This document shows, piece after piece, positions 25,335 to 37,108 of a stretch of DNA of 64,000 bases. This DNA is from Scyliorhinus canicula (taxonomy: Eukaryota). The position numbers were made by a program, and so were the translations under genes. The stretch spans positions 17,408,566 to 17,472,565 of the forward strand of contig NC_052157.1 of the NCBI RefSeq assembly GCF_902713615.1, given 5' to 3'. Position 1 is the stretch's first letter, and each line of letters begins with the position of its first letter. Under the pieces are notes generated by a model that was not told the origin of the DNA, did no database searches, and worked only from the letters and a program-made list of their open reading frames with translations.

Positions 25335-26050
25335 ATAAAGAACAAAGAAATGTACAGCACAGGAAAGGCCCTTCGGCCCTCCAAGCCTCCGCTGACCACG
25401 CTGCCCGTCTAAACTGAAACATTCTACACTTGCGGGGTCTATATCCCTCTATTCCTATCCTATTCATGTATTTATCAAGACACCCCTTAAACGTCACTAT
25501 CATACCTTCTTCCACCACCTCCTCCGGCAGCGAGTTCCAGGCACCCACTACCATCTGTGTAAAAAACTTCCCTCGCACATCTCCTCTACATGTTGCCTCT
25601 CGCACCTTAAACCTATGTCCCCTAGTAATTGAGTCTTCCCCCCTGGGAAAAAGCTTCTGACTATCCACTCTGTCAATGCCCCTCATAATTTTGTAGACTT
25701 CCATCAGGTTGCCCCTCAACCTCTGTCATTCCAGTGAGATCAAAACAAGTTTATCCAACCTCTCCTCACAGCCAATACCCTCCATACCAGTCAACATCCT
25801 GGTAGTTTGGCGACCATAATTGAACACTATATTCCAAGTGTGGCCTAACGAAGATTCTATACAGCTGCAACATGACTTGCCAATTTTTATACTCAATGCT
25901 CCGGCCAATGAAGGCAAGCATGCCATATGCCTTCATGACTACCTTCTGCACCTGCGTTTCAGTGACCTGTGGACCCCTACACCCAGATCCCTCTGCCTGT
26001 CAATACCCTTAAGGGTTCTGCCATTTAGTGTATATTTCCCACCTGTATTA
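25335..26050 (-). mobile_element. CR1 LINE 3' fragment
   Basis: VRPHLEYSVQLWSP, RGNLMEVYKIMRG, FFTQMVVGAWN. Confidence 0.88.
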
Positions 26051-26184
26051 GAACGGGAGCAAAATTGAACAACAAGGGACATGTGGACATGTGGGATAGG
26101 GGTGGGGTTCTGTTGGGACACGCCAAGGGAACTGAAAAACAACAATCTGCAAAAGGGGGGAGTCAAGATGGAGGGAAAGGTCAC

Positions 26185-26397
26185 AGTCCAAATTTATTGA
26201 ACTCAATGTTGAGTCCGGAAGGCTGAAACGTGCCTAACCAGAAGATGAAGTGTTGTTCTTCCTCTTACAATGGGCTTCACTGGAGCATTGCAGCAGACCT
26301 GGGATGGGCATGTGTGCAGGAGAGCAAGGTGCTGAGCTGAAATGTTACGGAAGGTGGGGTCATGCTTGTGACCAGAGCGAAGGTGTTCCACAAAGTC
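26185..26397 (-). mobile_element. Penelope-like element fragment (GIY-YIG C-terminus)
   Basis: Minus strand reads EEQHFIFWLGTFQPSGLNIEFN, resembling vertebrate Penelope endonuclease C-termini. Confidence 0.6.
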
Positions 26398-28090
26398 AGC
26401 CCAGTGTGCTAAACCAGCCCCTATCAGCGACCATAATATGATAGAATTCTTCAAGATGAATATCACCACTTGCTAGTTCACCACATTCCAAGCCACACAC
26501 CATTGTGACTTGGAACTATAGCAATATTCCTTAATCATCCCTACAGAAATACAATAGTGGGTGAAGTTACACACATGGGTCCCCGATGGAATTTACACCC
26601 ACTCCTTTCAGGAGCACCTACTGCAGTCACATTGGCAGGTAAATCTGTCCCAAAATCAGCAATGGGGCCACAGTAAATTTTTAAATAACTTACCTGACTG
26701 AGACCATAGCAGCAGGAGTGCTCCTCCGTATCGCTGAAGGAAAGTCTGGGCGGCTACAACGAATATCTGGGCCTCTGCTGTAGTATAAATGGAAAAACGT
26801 AACAGGTATGTCAGCATCTGTGGAGAGAGAAAGAGAGTTAAAGTTTTCAGTCGATATGACTCTTCTTCTGCTGCTCTGGGTTCCTCCTTACAGCTCACTC
26901 CGATTTTTATTCTCTGCCTCTTCCTGCTGGAAATGACCAAACAACAGAGTGGCCGCATTCAGATGAGTCCTGGCAGTTTAAATCTGTTAGTCTTCTGACT
27001 TATATCCCCGCACGAGACTGCTGTCGACACCTATGACTTCCTGTTAGCAGTTAACATCAACTTTCTTATCTTTGATTGCTCCACACACTCAAACTATCTC
27101 TCAGTAACTGATACATTCTGTTTGTGGGTTCTGTTGATTTCTAATTTCTGCTATTTTTGAACAGTTACAGGAATAGAATGAGGCCATTTATCCGCTCGTG
27201 TCTGCTCTGCCATCTTGTGATAACATGTCCTCTCTCCTATCTCCACATAACCAACTCTGCCCCATATGGATAACAAAGTACTCTCCATTTCACTTTATAA
27301 TTGGCCCAGCATCATCTACCATAAGTGGAATAGAGTTCCAAATCTATTCCCTATGTACGCCATCTACTCCCATTGTTCTGAACAGAATTTATGTACACCT
27401 TTCTACTGTCAATGATCTGTAAGTTGGTTTGTGACGGGTGTGTGTTTTGTTCCTCTCAGACTGAGGGTCACAATTCAAAGAAATTACAGCAGCAAGCGTT
27501 TTAGCATTTTAAAATAAAGTTTATTTAATCTCACAGATTTAGACCAGATTTTAAAATGCTGCATCTCATTTGTTCATCTCAGACACATACAAAGATGAAA
27601 TACAGATCCAGGTAAAACAATATGGTGGCAACTTATAATTATTTCAGTCTCATTTGTGGCAGATAGTTTCTTAGATGTTGCTTTAAAGTTGAATTGAAAG
27701 CAAAAGGTCAGCTGCAATGTTTGTTGTAACCAAGTTGCTTGATGTTTGTGCCTTGGGTGAACTCAAGGTTGGACCATGTTCCGGGGAGCCCTCCTCCAAC
27801 TTTCAAGGTATCGCCGTATATTACCTTAGCTGATTGACTTGCAGCTAGTTCGATTGCTTTCGGTGTATCTGTCGAAGAAACAGACCTCACCTGGTTCGGT
27901 TTTGTTTCTTGTTCTGAAACTATTTGTTCATTTTCACTCTGGGCCACCAGTGCTGGTGGATGGATTGGTGTAGATGCACTTATTAAGGGGGTCAATGTTG
28001 GAACCAATTAGAGAACAAGCCATCCCAGATGGAGTATTGTGTAATGAGGCAGGAATAATTGGCAATGTAGATGTGCGCGACTCCTTGGGG

Positions 28091-28275
28091 ATGAAATGAA
28101 ATGAAAATCGCTTATTGTCACAAGTAGGCTTCAATGAAGTTACTGTGAAAAGCCCCTAGTCGCCACATTCTGGCGCCTGTTCAGGGAGGCTGGTACGGGA
28201 ATTGAACCGTGCTGCTGGCCTCCCTTGGACTGCTTTAAAAGCCAGCGATTTAGCCCAGTGTGCTAAACCAGCCCC
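28091..28275 (-). mobile_element. Short SINE with GGGGCTGGTTTAGC head and (ATTTC)n tail
   Basis: Same family as 41247-41420, 57767-57946 and 63048-63225. Confidence 0.88.
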
Positions 28276-29380
28276 TATCAGTGACCATAATATGATAGAA
28301 TTCTTCAAGATGGAGAGTGACATTATTGATTCTGAGTCTAGGATCCTGAATCTTAAGAAAGGAAACTACGATGATATGAGATGCGCGTTGGATATGATGG
28401 ATTGGGAAATGTTATTTAAAGGGATGACGGTGGATAGGCAATGGCAAACATTCAAAGAGTGCATGGGTGAACTGCAACAATTGTTCATTCCTGTCTGGCG
28501 AAAAATAAAATAGGAAAGATGGCAAAACCATGGCTTACAAGGTAAATTAGAGACAGTATTAGATCCAAGAAAGAAGTATGCAAATTGTCCAGAAAAAACA
28601 GCAGACTTGAGGATTGGGAGCAGTTTAGAATTCAGCAAAGGAGGACAAAGGAATTGATTAAGAAAGGGGAAAGAGAGTACAAGAGTAAGCTTGTGGGGAA
28701 CATAAAAAACTAATAATAATCTTTATTGCCACAAGTAGGCTTACATCAACACTGCAATGAAGTTACTGTGAAAAGCCCCGAGTCGCCACATTTCGGAGCC
28801 TGTTCAGGTACGCAGAGGGAGAATTCAGAATATCCAATTCACCGAAGTGCACGTCTTTCAGGACTTGTGGGAGGAAACCGGAGGCAACCTACGCAGACAC
28901 GGGGAGACTGCAAACTACGCACAGTGACCCAAGCCGGGAATCAAATCTGGGACTCTGGAGCTGTGAAGCAACAGTGCTACCTAATGTGCTGCCATGCTGC
29001 CCCTAACTGTAATAGCTTCTGTAGGTATGTGAAGAGAAAAAGATTAGTGAAGATAAATGTAGGTCCTTTACAGTCAGAAACAGGGGATTTTATAACGGGG
29101 AACAAAAAAATGGCTGGTCAACTAAATACATACTTTGATTCTGTCTTCAAAAAGGACACAAATAACATACCATAAATATTGGGGAATGCAGGGTTTAATG
29201 AGAGGGAGGAACTGAAGGAAATCAGTATTAGTAGAGAAATAGTATTGGGGAAATTGATGGGATTGAAGGCCAATAAATTCGCAGGGCCTGATAACCTACC
29301 TCCCAGAGTACTTAAGGAAGTGGCCCAGAAATATTGGATGCACAGCTGGTCACCTTTCAAGATTCTATAAACTCTGGAAC
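28276..29380 (+). mobile_element. Degenerate CR1 ORF2 fragment, with a SINE at 28713-29002(-)
   Basis: SDHNMIEF, KGNYDDMR, KLMGLKANKFAGPDNLPPRVLKEVA. Confidence 0.8.
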
Positions 29381-30150
29381 AGAGAGCGACCACCACCTCT
29401 ATTGGATCTCAGTGCCACGGGTGATGCCCATTCAGGTGATGGTCCAGATCAACAATTTCCCCAGCTGCGGAGCTACACCCTTCAGCCAAGGGCCCCATGG
29501 GACATACATTCCCCGGCCCAAGTGTGGGCCTGGCACGGGAGACCTTTCGGGGAGTTGGAGTATTACAGTAGGCAAATCATCAAAGAAGACAAACAAATCA
29601 TCGAGAAGCATTTCTTTATTAATACCTGTGATCATATAATTGACAGCATTTTAAAATCAGTTAACATAAGCAAATTTTTTCTGTTCGAGAAATATGACCA
29701 TTTAACCGTGATGATCCCGTGTGTTTCTAGATCTAACCAATAATGAAAAACTGATGGTGAACGTTGTGGTGATCACAAGTTAACCAGATGCAACACAACA
29801 GAGCAACCACTAGAGGGAGCACGGGAGAGCCATATAAATAGAAATAGGACAGGAAGTGAGGACACACTTCACTGAGGGCAGAACTTGGAGCAACACATAT
29901 ACACAACACACACTTCACAGCAGGCGGGCTGGTAAGCAGGACACACACAGCAAGCAAAGCTGGTAGTTAGCACTGGAAGGTCGTTCTAGGTCGAGCTCTG
30001 GAAACTGAACGAACTCACAATAAAGCATCTTCTCCACACTTGAGACTACGAGCTTTATTAAGACACGAGTAACAACACATGGTACCCAGGAGTGATTTCA
30101 GACGCTTATGACAGGACAACTCAGCTGCAGATACAGAAAACAAAAAAAAA

Positions 30151-31209
30151 ATGGCATGGAAATCTCCTACTGGACATTCGACTTCGGAAGACATTGCTGA
30201 TGAGAGGATGTGCCTTGGATACCCACTTCACCTGGACACGACTGGAAAAGTAAGAAGTGTCTGGGAAAGGTTTAAACAAATGTTCGATTTCGCTATCATA
30301 GCATATGATGCAGCAGCAGCCTCAGACGAAATTAAAATAGCAATTCTCATCGAAGGAAATGAAGCTTGGAAAGTTTATAATGGATTTAAATACTCAAAAG
30401 GTGAAGACAGAAACAGCTTACAAACGGTACTAAACAAATTTGAAGAGTACTGTGAGAAATTTGAACAGCAAGACATACTCAGAGGCCAAACTGCACAGAG
30501 ACTGAGTGATGCAAAACTTAAAAAATCACGAAAAGAGCAAGAAATCGCGAATGAAAAGTACAGATCAAAAAGAAGAAATAAAAAGAATTTCTCACAAAGC
30601 CAAAACGCTGAAACCCTGTCCAAATCGGGAAGAGAAGATCACTTACGAATTTTGCAGTCCTGGTGGGACAGTAAAATCGCTGAAATCCGCGAAAAACGGC
30701 AAAAAATGGCGTTGGAGCACATTTTGCAGTCTCCGGTAAGCAAAGAACTACAAATGGCGTCTGCGCATGCGCCGGAACCGGAAGCCGCGCATGCGCAGTT
30801 TAAAAAAGATCGCGGTGCCGATCGTGATGCGCATGCGCAGGCCGCGCATGCGCAGTCAAAAGAAGTTTTGGTCGCGGATCGTAATGCGCATGCGCACGCC
30901 GCGCACGCGCAATGGAAACAAAACCGCACAGTGAAGGAGGAAGGCCGATTTGCGCATGCGCAATGCATTCCTGCGCGTGACGTCATGACGTCTGAGCATC
31001 CCGACCACGCCCACTTAAAAGGGAAATGCCCGAAAATTGAAAATAAGACACTTAAAGTGGTAAACACAAATTTTCTTGCCTCAGAACACAGAAAAACGCC
31101 TGAACTTACACCAACAGTTAAAAACAACTTGCACAACACCCTGAAAAAAGCAGTCTGCACCACCCAAAGTGAAGAGAACAAAAAAGAATTCCGAAACAAC
31201 AAAAGATGA
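30151..31209 (+). CDS. gag: Gag-like protein (Gypsy gag N-terminal domain followed by AHAQ repeats)
   Basis: LDTTGKVRSVWERFKQMF...ASDEIKIAIL...VLNKFEEYCE resembles Gypsy gag N-termini; starts 72 nt after the 5' LTR. Confidence 0.7.
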   Translation: MAWKSPTGHSTSEDIADERMCLGYPLHLDTTGKVRSVWERFKQMFDFAIIAYDAAAASDEIKIAILIEGNEAWKVYNGFKYSKGEDRNSLQTVLNKFEEYCEKFEQQDILRGQTAQRLSDAKLKKSRKEQEIANEKYRSKRRNKKNFSQSQNAETLSKSGREDHLRILQSWWDSKIAEIREKRQKMALEHILQSPVSKELQMASAHAPEPEAAHAQFKKDRGADRDAHAQAAHAQSKEVLVADRNAHAHAAHAQWKQNRTVKEEGRFAHAQCIPARDVMTSEHPDHAHLKGKCPKIENKTLKVVNTNFLASEHRKTPELTPTVKNNLHNTLKKAVCTTQSEENKKEFRNNKR

Positions 31210-32989
31210 TTTGTTTTTCGAAGAATACTACTCAGACACAGCTGAGTCAGTCGGATATGCTTCTCACAGAATCAGCGACAAGGTCGCAAAGTTCAACACG
31301 AATCAACTCGTGGTAGAAGAATCCAACCAGGATGATTTGTTTTTCGAAGAATACTACTCAGACACAGCTGAGTCAGTTGGATATGCTTCTCACAGCATCA
31401 GCGACACGGTCGCAAACTTCAACACGAATCAACTCGTGGTAGAAGAAGCCAACGAAGATGAAATGGGTATCAAAGAATACTACTCAGACATGGAGGAGTT
31501 ATTTGGACATGCTGATCACAGCATCAGCGACACCGTTGCAAAGCTCAACACGACTCTACTCATGGTAGATGAATCCAACACCATGAGGCCATGGCAGCTC
31601 GTCGATACATTGGATGACAGCAATACCCAAGACGAAGACGACGCCACACAGAGAGCACAGGAAGACTCCACAGAGCGAGCGATGACAGGCTCCACAGTGC
31701 GAGTAATGAAAGACTCCAAAAGGGATGCAAGCAAACACTCCCTGGCGAACACCATGCATGAACAAGACCATGCAGGTAAACCCGCAGTATCTGAGCAACC
31801 ACAAGCAGACTATGAAAGTCTGACAAGCTCACATGAACAAGAAGAAGACAATGCACCTCTACCAACTGCATGCGAAGACAGTGACAAGATGATCACACTC
31901 GACGTACAGGATCACAGCGAGACTGACAGTTCTCAGCTTGTCTGTACCGAAGCACAGAGCGAAAACAGTAACAAGGTGATCGCACTCGACGTACAGGATC
32001 ACAGCGAGACTGACAGTTCTCAGCTTGTCTGTACAGAAGCACAGAGTCGGGCCACCCAACAGTCCAGAGTGACGGTGCCGAAAGAAACCATGCAGATTCG
32101 GACTCCAGAAGAGGAGCGCCAGAAGTCCACAGACATCACGTCAATTGTAATCATGGAGGTTTTGACTCCAGAAGAGGAGCGCCAAGAATCCAGAGACACC
32201 ACGTCAAACGAAATCGAGAAGAATTTGACTCCGGAAGAGGACACAACAAAAGCAAAGATGAGGAATCCAATTCTCCACAAATGATTGAGGTCACCTGCAC
32301 CGATGCAACATCAGATCATTCGCACCACTCTCGAGACGAAATACTCAATGACTCAAATTATCCACTCGGGACACTCATAGAGTATAACAAAAAAAAACAA
32401 ACGTCAAAAGAAACACAGCAAGAACAAAAGCAACATGAAGCGCGACAAGACCAACAACAATAGCAAGAAGCACAGCAGAAACGAGAACGACAACAGAAAG
32501 AACAAAAGCAACATGAAGCGCGACAAGACAAACAACAAAGTCAGGAACAAAGATAGCGACAACACCAAAGACAGAAACGACAAAAACAGCAACACGAACG
32601 GCAACGAAAAGAACAAAGTCAGGAACAACGACAGTGCCAACACCAAAGACAGAAACGACAAAAACAGCAACAAGTACGGCAACGAAAACAACAAAAACAG
32701 GAACGACAGAGACAACAGCAATGAAACAACGACTTGTACACAATGGCACTACTTGGCACATGACGGACAATGCCACAGCACACTGCAAAACGATGACAAG
32801 ACTACAAACATGTCATGGGATGACGACGAATCGCATAAACACACGTCTGCTCCAGAACGAGCAAGCACACCAGCATCCAAGGCGGATGAGACAATAAATC
32901 AACACCACAAGCACAGAAAAAAGTCCATGCCAGTCAACATCAGTGATGTGACCATGCAAACACCTCGGGATGATGCATTGGGTACTTAA
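31169..32989 (+). other. Acidic, then Asn/Lys/Asp-rich repetitive ORFs, probably a frameshifted continuation of gag
   Basis: Overlapping ORFs 31169-32284, 32281-32463 and 32435-32989; tandem units of 126, 87, 63 and 78 bp. Confidence 0.55.
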
Positions 32990-34528
32990 AATAACAAGGA
33001 ACACCAACAACATTAACAGCGGACTTGCAATATCAATATCACCACGTCATCAACAACAACAAAAAAAAAGAAAAAAAAGCTCTGAACAAATTCATCAAGT
33101 TTGGACTCATAAATGTTTTATTGAGATTGGACATATAACTACATTGGCTTTGTACAGTATGCAATAGCACCATCACCTGTATAGATACGCATATCATAAG
33201 TAACTGTTTTCTATAATTTTCTTTAACGATGTACAGCAAATATGTAAAGAGAAAAAGGGGGATGGGGTGATCGTAGATTTACTAGATACAAAACAACTGA
33301 GCAAACACCAGAGGGAGAGCTACAAATACACCGGGACAGGATGTACAATTTTCTTTAACGATGTACAGAAAATATGTTAAGAGAAAAAGGGGGACGTGGT
33401 GATCACAAGTTAACCAGATGCAACACAACAGAGCAACCACTAGAGGGAGCACGGGAGAGCCATATAAATAGATCAGGACAGGAAGTGAGGACACACTTCA
33501 CTGAGGGCAGAACTTGGAGCAACACATATACACAACACACACTTCACAGCAGGCGGGCTGGTAAGCAGGACACACACAGCAAGCAAAGCTGGTAGTTAGC
33601 ACTGGAAGGTCGTTCTAGGTAGAGCTCTGGAAACTGAACGAACTCACAATAAAGCATCTTCTCCACACTTGAGACTACGAGCTTTATTAAGACACGAGTA
33701 ACAACACAAACGTAATAGATCCTTTGTCTTCACAGCTCTTTCTGAGAACAACACAGTCTTTCTTCTGAGCACTTCCTGTCCTCCCAAACTCCAGCAGAAT
33801 TGTTGATGGTTCTGTTACATCTGTCTACATTTTGAGGCATTTTTAGTCCATGATGTTGTGGCAGCGCATATAGTTTACCGCAGTGTAATTGAGGCCAGTT
33901 CTTTGTGCCAGTCACACACTCAAATCCATCAACGCAAATGAAAGAGAAACTAACCTTCAACCTGCAGGGACATGAGCAACAAAAATGGAGGTGTAATTAA
34001 GGCGTCAAACATGCTGAGAAGCAGAGAGAGAGCTGTGCTGAAAATCTTTGGCAATCAAAGAGTGGGTGGAATTATTGGAGTGACATTTGCTTCTCTGCCA
34101 ATGAATTCCAGAAATGTCACATTCTTATTTGATGTTCTCCCACCACACATCAACAAATATGATGATTTGTGTCAAAAACTGCTTGTAAAACATGTAGATT
34201 TTTGCATTAGATTTGATGTAAGAACAGCATTTCCCTCTCCTTTGCTGCACACAAGGATTGACATCCGCTCCATATTTAGCTCACAAAAAGGCTGCAGTAA
34301 AATCGATGATATTCAGAAAGGGAAGCAATAGATATCACATTACACTATTGTTGAAGTAAAATAATTCAAAGTTGCTTCCCCAGCAAAAGCAAATATCTCA
34401 TGAGATTTTTGCTTCAATACTTGCAGCCACTACGACACTAAGACACGAGTAGCTGAAGGCTTTCCCTAAGAGGGAATTGGCAATGCTAGTTCTGTGAGCA
34501 TTCCACAGCTCCCGAGTGGATTCCCGTG

Positions 34529-34862
34529 GGGGCGGCACGGTAGCACAATGGTTAGCACGGTTGCTTCACAGCGCCAGGGACCCAGGTTCGATTTCCGGTT
34601 TGAGTCATTGCCTGTGCGGAGTCTGCACGTTCTCCTCGTGTCTACATTGGGTTTCCTCCGGGTGCTCCATGTGCCGGATTCCTCCATGTGCCGGTTAGGT
34701 GGATTGATCATGCTAAATTGCCGGTAGTGTCCAAAAGGTTACGTGGGGTTATGGGGTTACAGGGATAGGGTGGAGGAGTGGGCTTTGGTCGAGTGCTTGT
34801 TCAGGGGTTCGGTATAGACTCAATGGGCCAAATGGCCTTTTTCTGCACTTTGTGGATTCTGT
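34529..34862 (+). mobile_element. HE1-like V-SINE
   Basis: GGGGCGGCACGGTAGCACAATGGTTAGC head, core and CR1-type tail. Confidence 0.85.
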
Positions 34863-34869
34863 GTCTCAG

Positions 34870-36865
34870 GAGAGTGTTACTGCCCAGCATCCCAATCAGA
34901 TTGTAAGGCCTGGACAATTTGCATGACCACTGGAGGGAACCTGAGCCCAGTCCAAGTAATATTCCCGGCAGGGTCTGGGATCCGGTACCCTGCTCTGGCC
35001 GGGTGTGTGTGCAGGGCGGTGTCTGCCAGCGCAACCAGCTCGTTGGATGGCACCCTGAGAGATAACAGGAATGTAAGGATGGGGGTGGTTTGGGGGCTAT
35101 GAGGGTCCCAGGGTGGGAACCCTAACCGGTTGCCAGTCTCTCACCCTCTCCAATCCCTTACAGATATCAGATGCTGGATGATATTGTGGACCTACAGACT
35201 GTGTCCAGCGTCACCAGAGTCGGGGGGGGGGGGGGGGGGGGGGGGACATGTTGGAGGGGGGGGTAGTGAGCCCTTTCACTGGCAGGTGCCTTCGGCAGGG
35301 GCTGGGGAGACTGGTGGTGGGTGGTCCGGGAGTGTCGAGTGGGGTTCCAGTGCGCACTTATTGGCAGGCCAGAATCACGCACAGCCGGCGCCATGTTACC
35401 GCAGGCCGTCGCCTTGTGCATGTGCGGCCATGGACCTGGCCATTCTGCCTCCGGATTGGCAGGTAAAGCTGGGGCTTTACGTGGCGTGCTGCTAGCCCCC
35501 CACCGGACAGAGCATCGATGCGGGGACAGCGCCGCCATTTTGCTCATAAGACCAGATGCATCCTCCGGACATAGCCATAGAATCGGAGAATCCAGCCCCT
35601 GGTACAACAAGGCTCAAGTAGCCACCCGGGCTGTCATCGAGCGGAACATCGGACTGCTCAAACTGGAGTTCTAATGCCGCGACTGTTCTGGTGGTTCAGT
35701 GCAGTGCAGCCAGCGAGGGTCGCCCGCTTTGTGATGGTCTGTTGTGCCGTCCATAACCTGGCACAGCAGCGGGGCCAGGAGTATCATAGAATTTACAGTG
35801 CAGAAGGAGGCCATTCGGCCCATCGAGTCAGCACGGGCCCTTGGAAAAAGCGCCCTCTCCAAGCCCACACCCCCAACCCATCCCCGTAACCCAGTGACCC
35901 ACCCAACCTTTTTGGGACACTAAGGGCAATTTAGCTTGGCCAATCCACCTAACTTGCACATCTTTGGACTGTGGGAGGAAACCGGAGCACCCGGAGGAAA
36001 CCCACAAAGGCACGGGGAGAATGTGCAGACTCCGCACAGGCAGTGACCCAAGCCGGGAATTGAACCTGGGACCGTGGAGCTGTGAAGCAACTGTGCTAAC
36101 CACTGTACTACTTTGCTGCCCAGTGAATAGGAATGTGTGGGCTTGTCTAAGAAGGAAGGCATGGAGGAGCTGGACCAGGAGGGGCTGGAGGATGATCCCG
36201 GGGTGGACCCATATGAGCAGCCAGAGGATGGAGGAGAGGCGGTGGTGGCAAGGATCGGCATCCCCGGAGGACCAGGGAAGCCCTCATTCTCGCCCACTTC
36301 TCAGAGGACATAGCTTCATCCATCATCTCACCTCCTCCTCCCTTCCCACCACTACCCCCACCCATTTCCCCGACCCTTTCCCCCCGCAAAACCATTCCCC
36401 CATCCTGCCTTTGCCCCCCCCAATCGCCCTGTTCCACCCTCCCAGAATCTGCGTTACATCATTCCAGGGTAATGGGCCTATTTCGCATTGTCAGCAGGTC
36501 AATATACAAGGCAGGAGGATGATGATAACCCGCTGTGAGCTGGGCTCTGGCGCTCCTCAATCTATGCCATAGTCTAACTCCTGTCTGTCTACTGATGGCT
36601 CATTCACACCAATCACCTAGGTGTGTTATGCATCACGGGGGAGGTTGGGGGGCATCAGTTATAAGACCACCGTGCCTGACCCTGGGGCCAGAGAAAGCAG
36701 CTGGGAAGGGGAGGGGTACAGGCTGGCCCGCAGTGCGCAATAACATGACAGAGGCCCCACACGTCTCGAGTGTAATGTGTTTTTGTGGTGTACAATAGTG
36801 ACCGTAAATGTCCCTAGCAACCGATGGTGCCCACCACCACCCCCATGCTACTCAGTGGCCCACAA
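34870..36865 (+). mobile_element. Relic Harbinger transposon (transposase C-terminus) with a MITE end and a nested SINE at 35784-36121(-)
   Basis: YNKAQVATRAVIERNIGLLKLEF and RVARFVMVCCAVHNLAQQRG match the transposase at 53.6-53.8 kb; TIR-like CGGAGAATCCAGCCC at 35584-35598. Confidence 0.7.
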
Positions 36866-37108
36866 ACTGCTTCGCCCTCCCGAGAAGGTTCCAAGCTCTT
36901 TCAGGGTCTGCATGATTGCCTTCTGTCCCCCCTGTGGCTTTGAGCAGATCATCCGCATAGAGTGAAACTTTGTGCTCTCTGTCTCCTCTCTGGATGCCGT
37001 TCCAGCTTTTCACGTCCCGCAGGGCTATCGCCAAGGGTTCGATTGCTAGCCCGGACAACGGGCAGCCTTGCCTTGTGCCTCTTTGTAGCTGGATTGACCG
37101 TTTGACCT

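Larger units (their letters stand above)
29765..33708 (+). mobile_element. Non-autonomous Gypsy-type LTR element: gag N-terminus plus long repetitive ORFs, no pol
   Basis: LTRs 29765-30079 and 33395-33708 differ at about 4-5 positions; 5-bp TSD AACGT (29760-29764, 33709-33713); PBS TGGTACCCAGGAGTG resembling tRNA-Leu(TAA); PPT at 33379-33394. Confidence 0.93.
29590..34420 (-). pseudogene. Orphan UGT 3' end (terminal codons KQKSH, 3'UTR, poly(A) signal), CDS absent, split by an LTR element
   Basis: rc(34380-34415) matches the stop region of the plus-strand UGT; rc(33855-34200) matches 47520-47745 and 48100-48205; rc(29590-29760) matches 49610-49790, including AATAAA (29620-29615). Confidence 0.8.

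Noticed and set aside
27430-28007. Unassigned segment with a 99-aa minus-strand ORF
   Set aside because: No recognisable motif; possibly an old LTR fragment, which I cannot support without a search.
32375-32788. Very hydrophobic minus-strand ORFs resembling membrane or env proteins
   Set aside because: Simple antisense reading of an A/C-rich repeat; no signal peptide, furin site or cysteine pattern.
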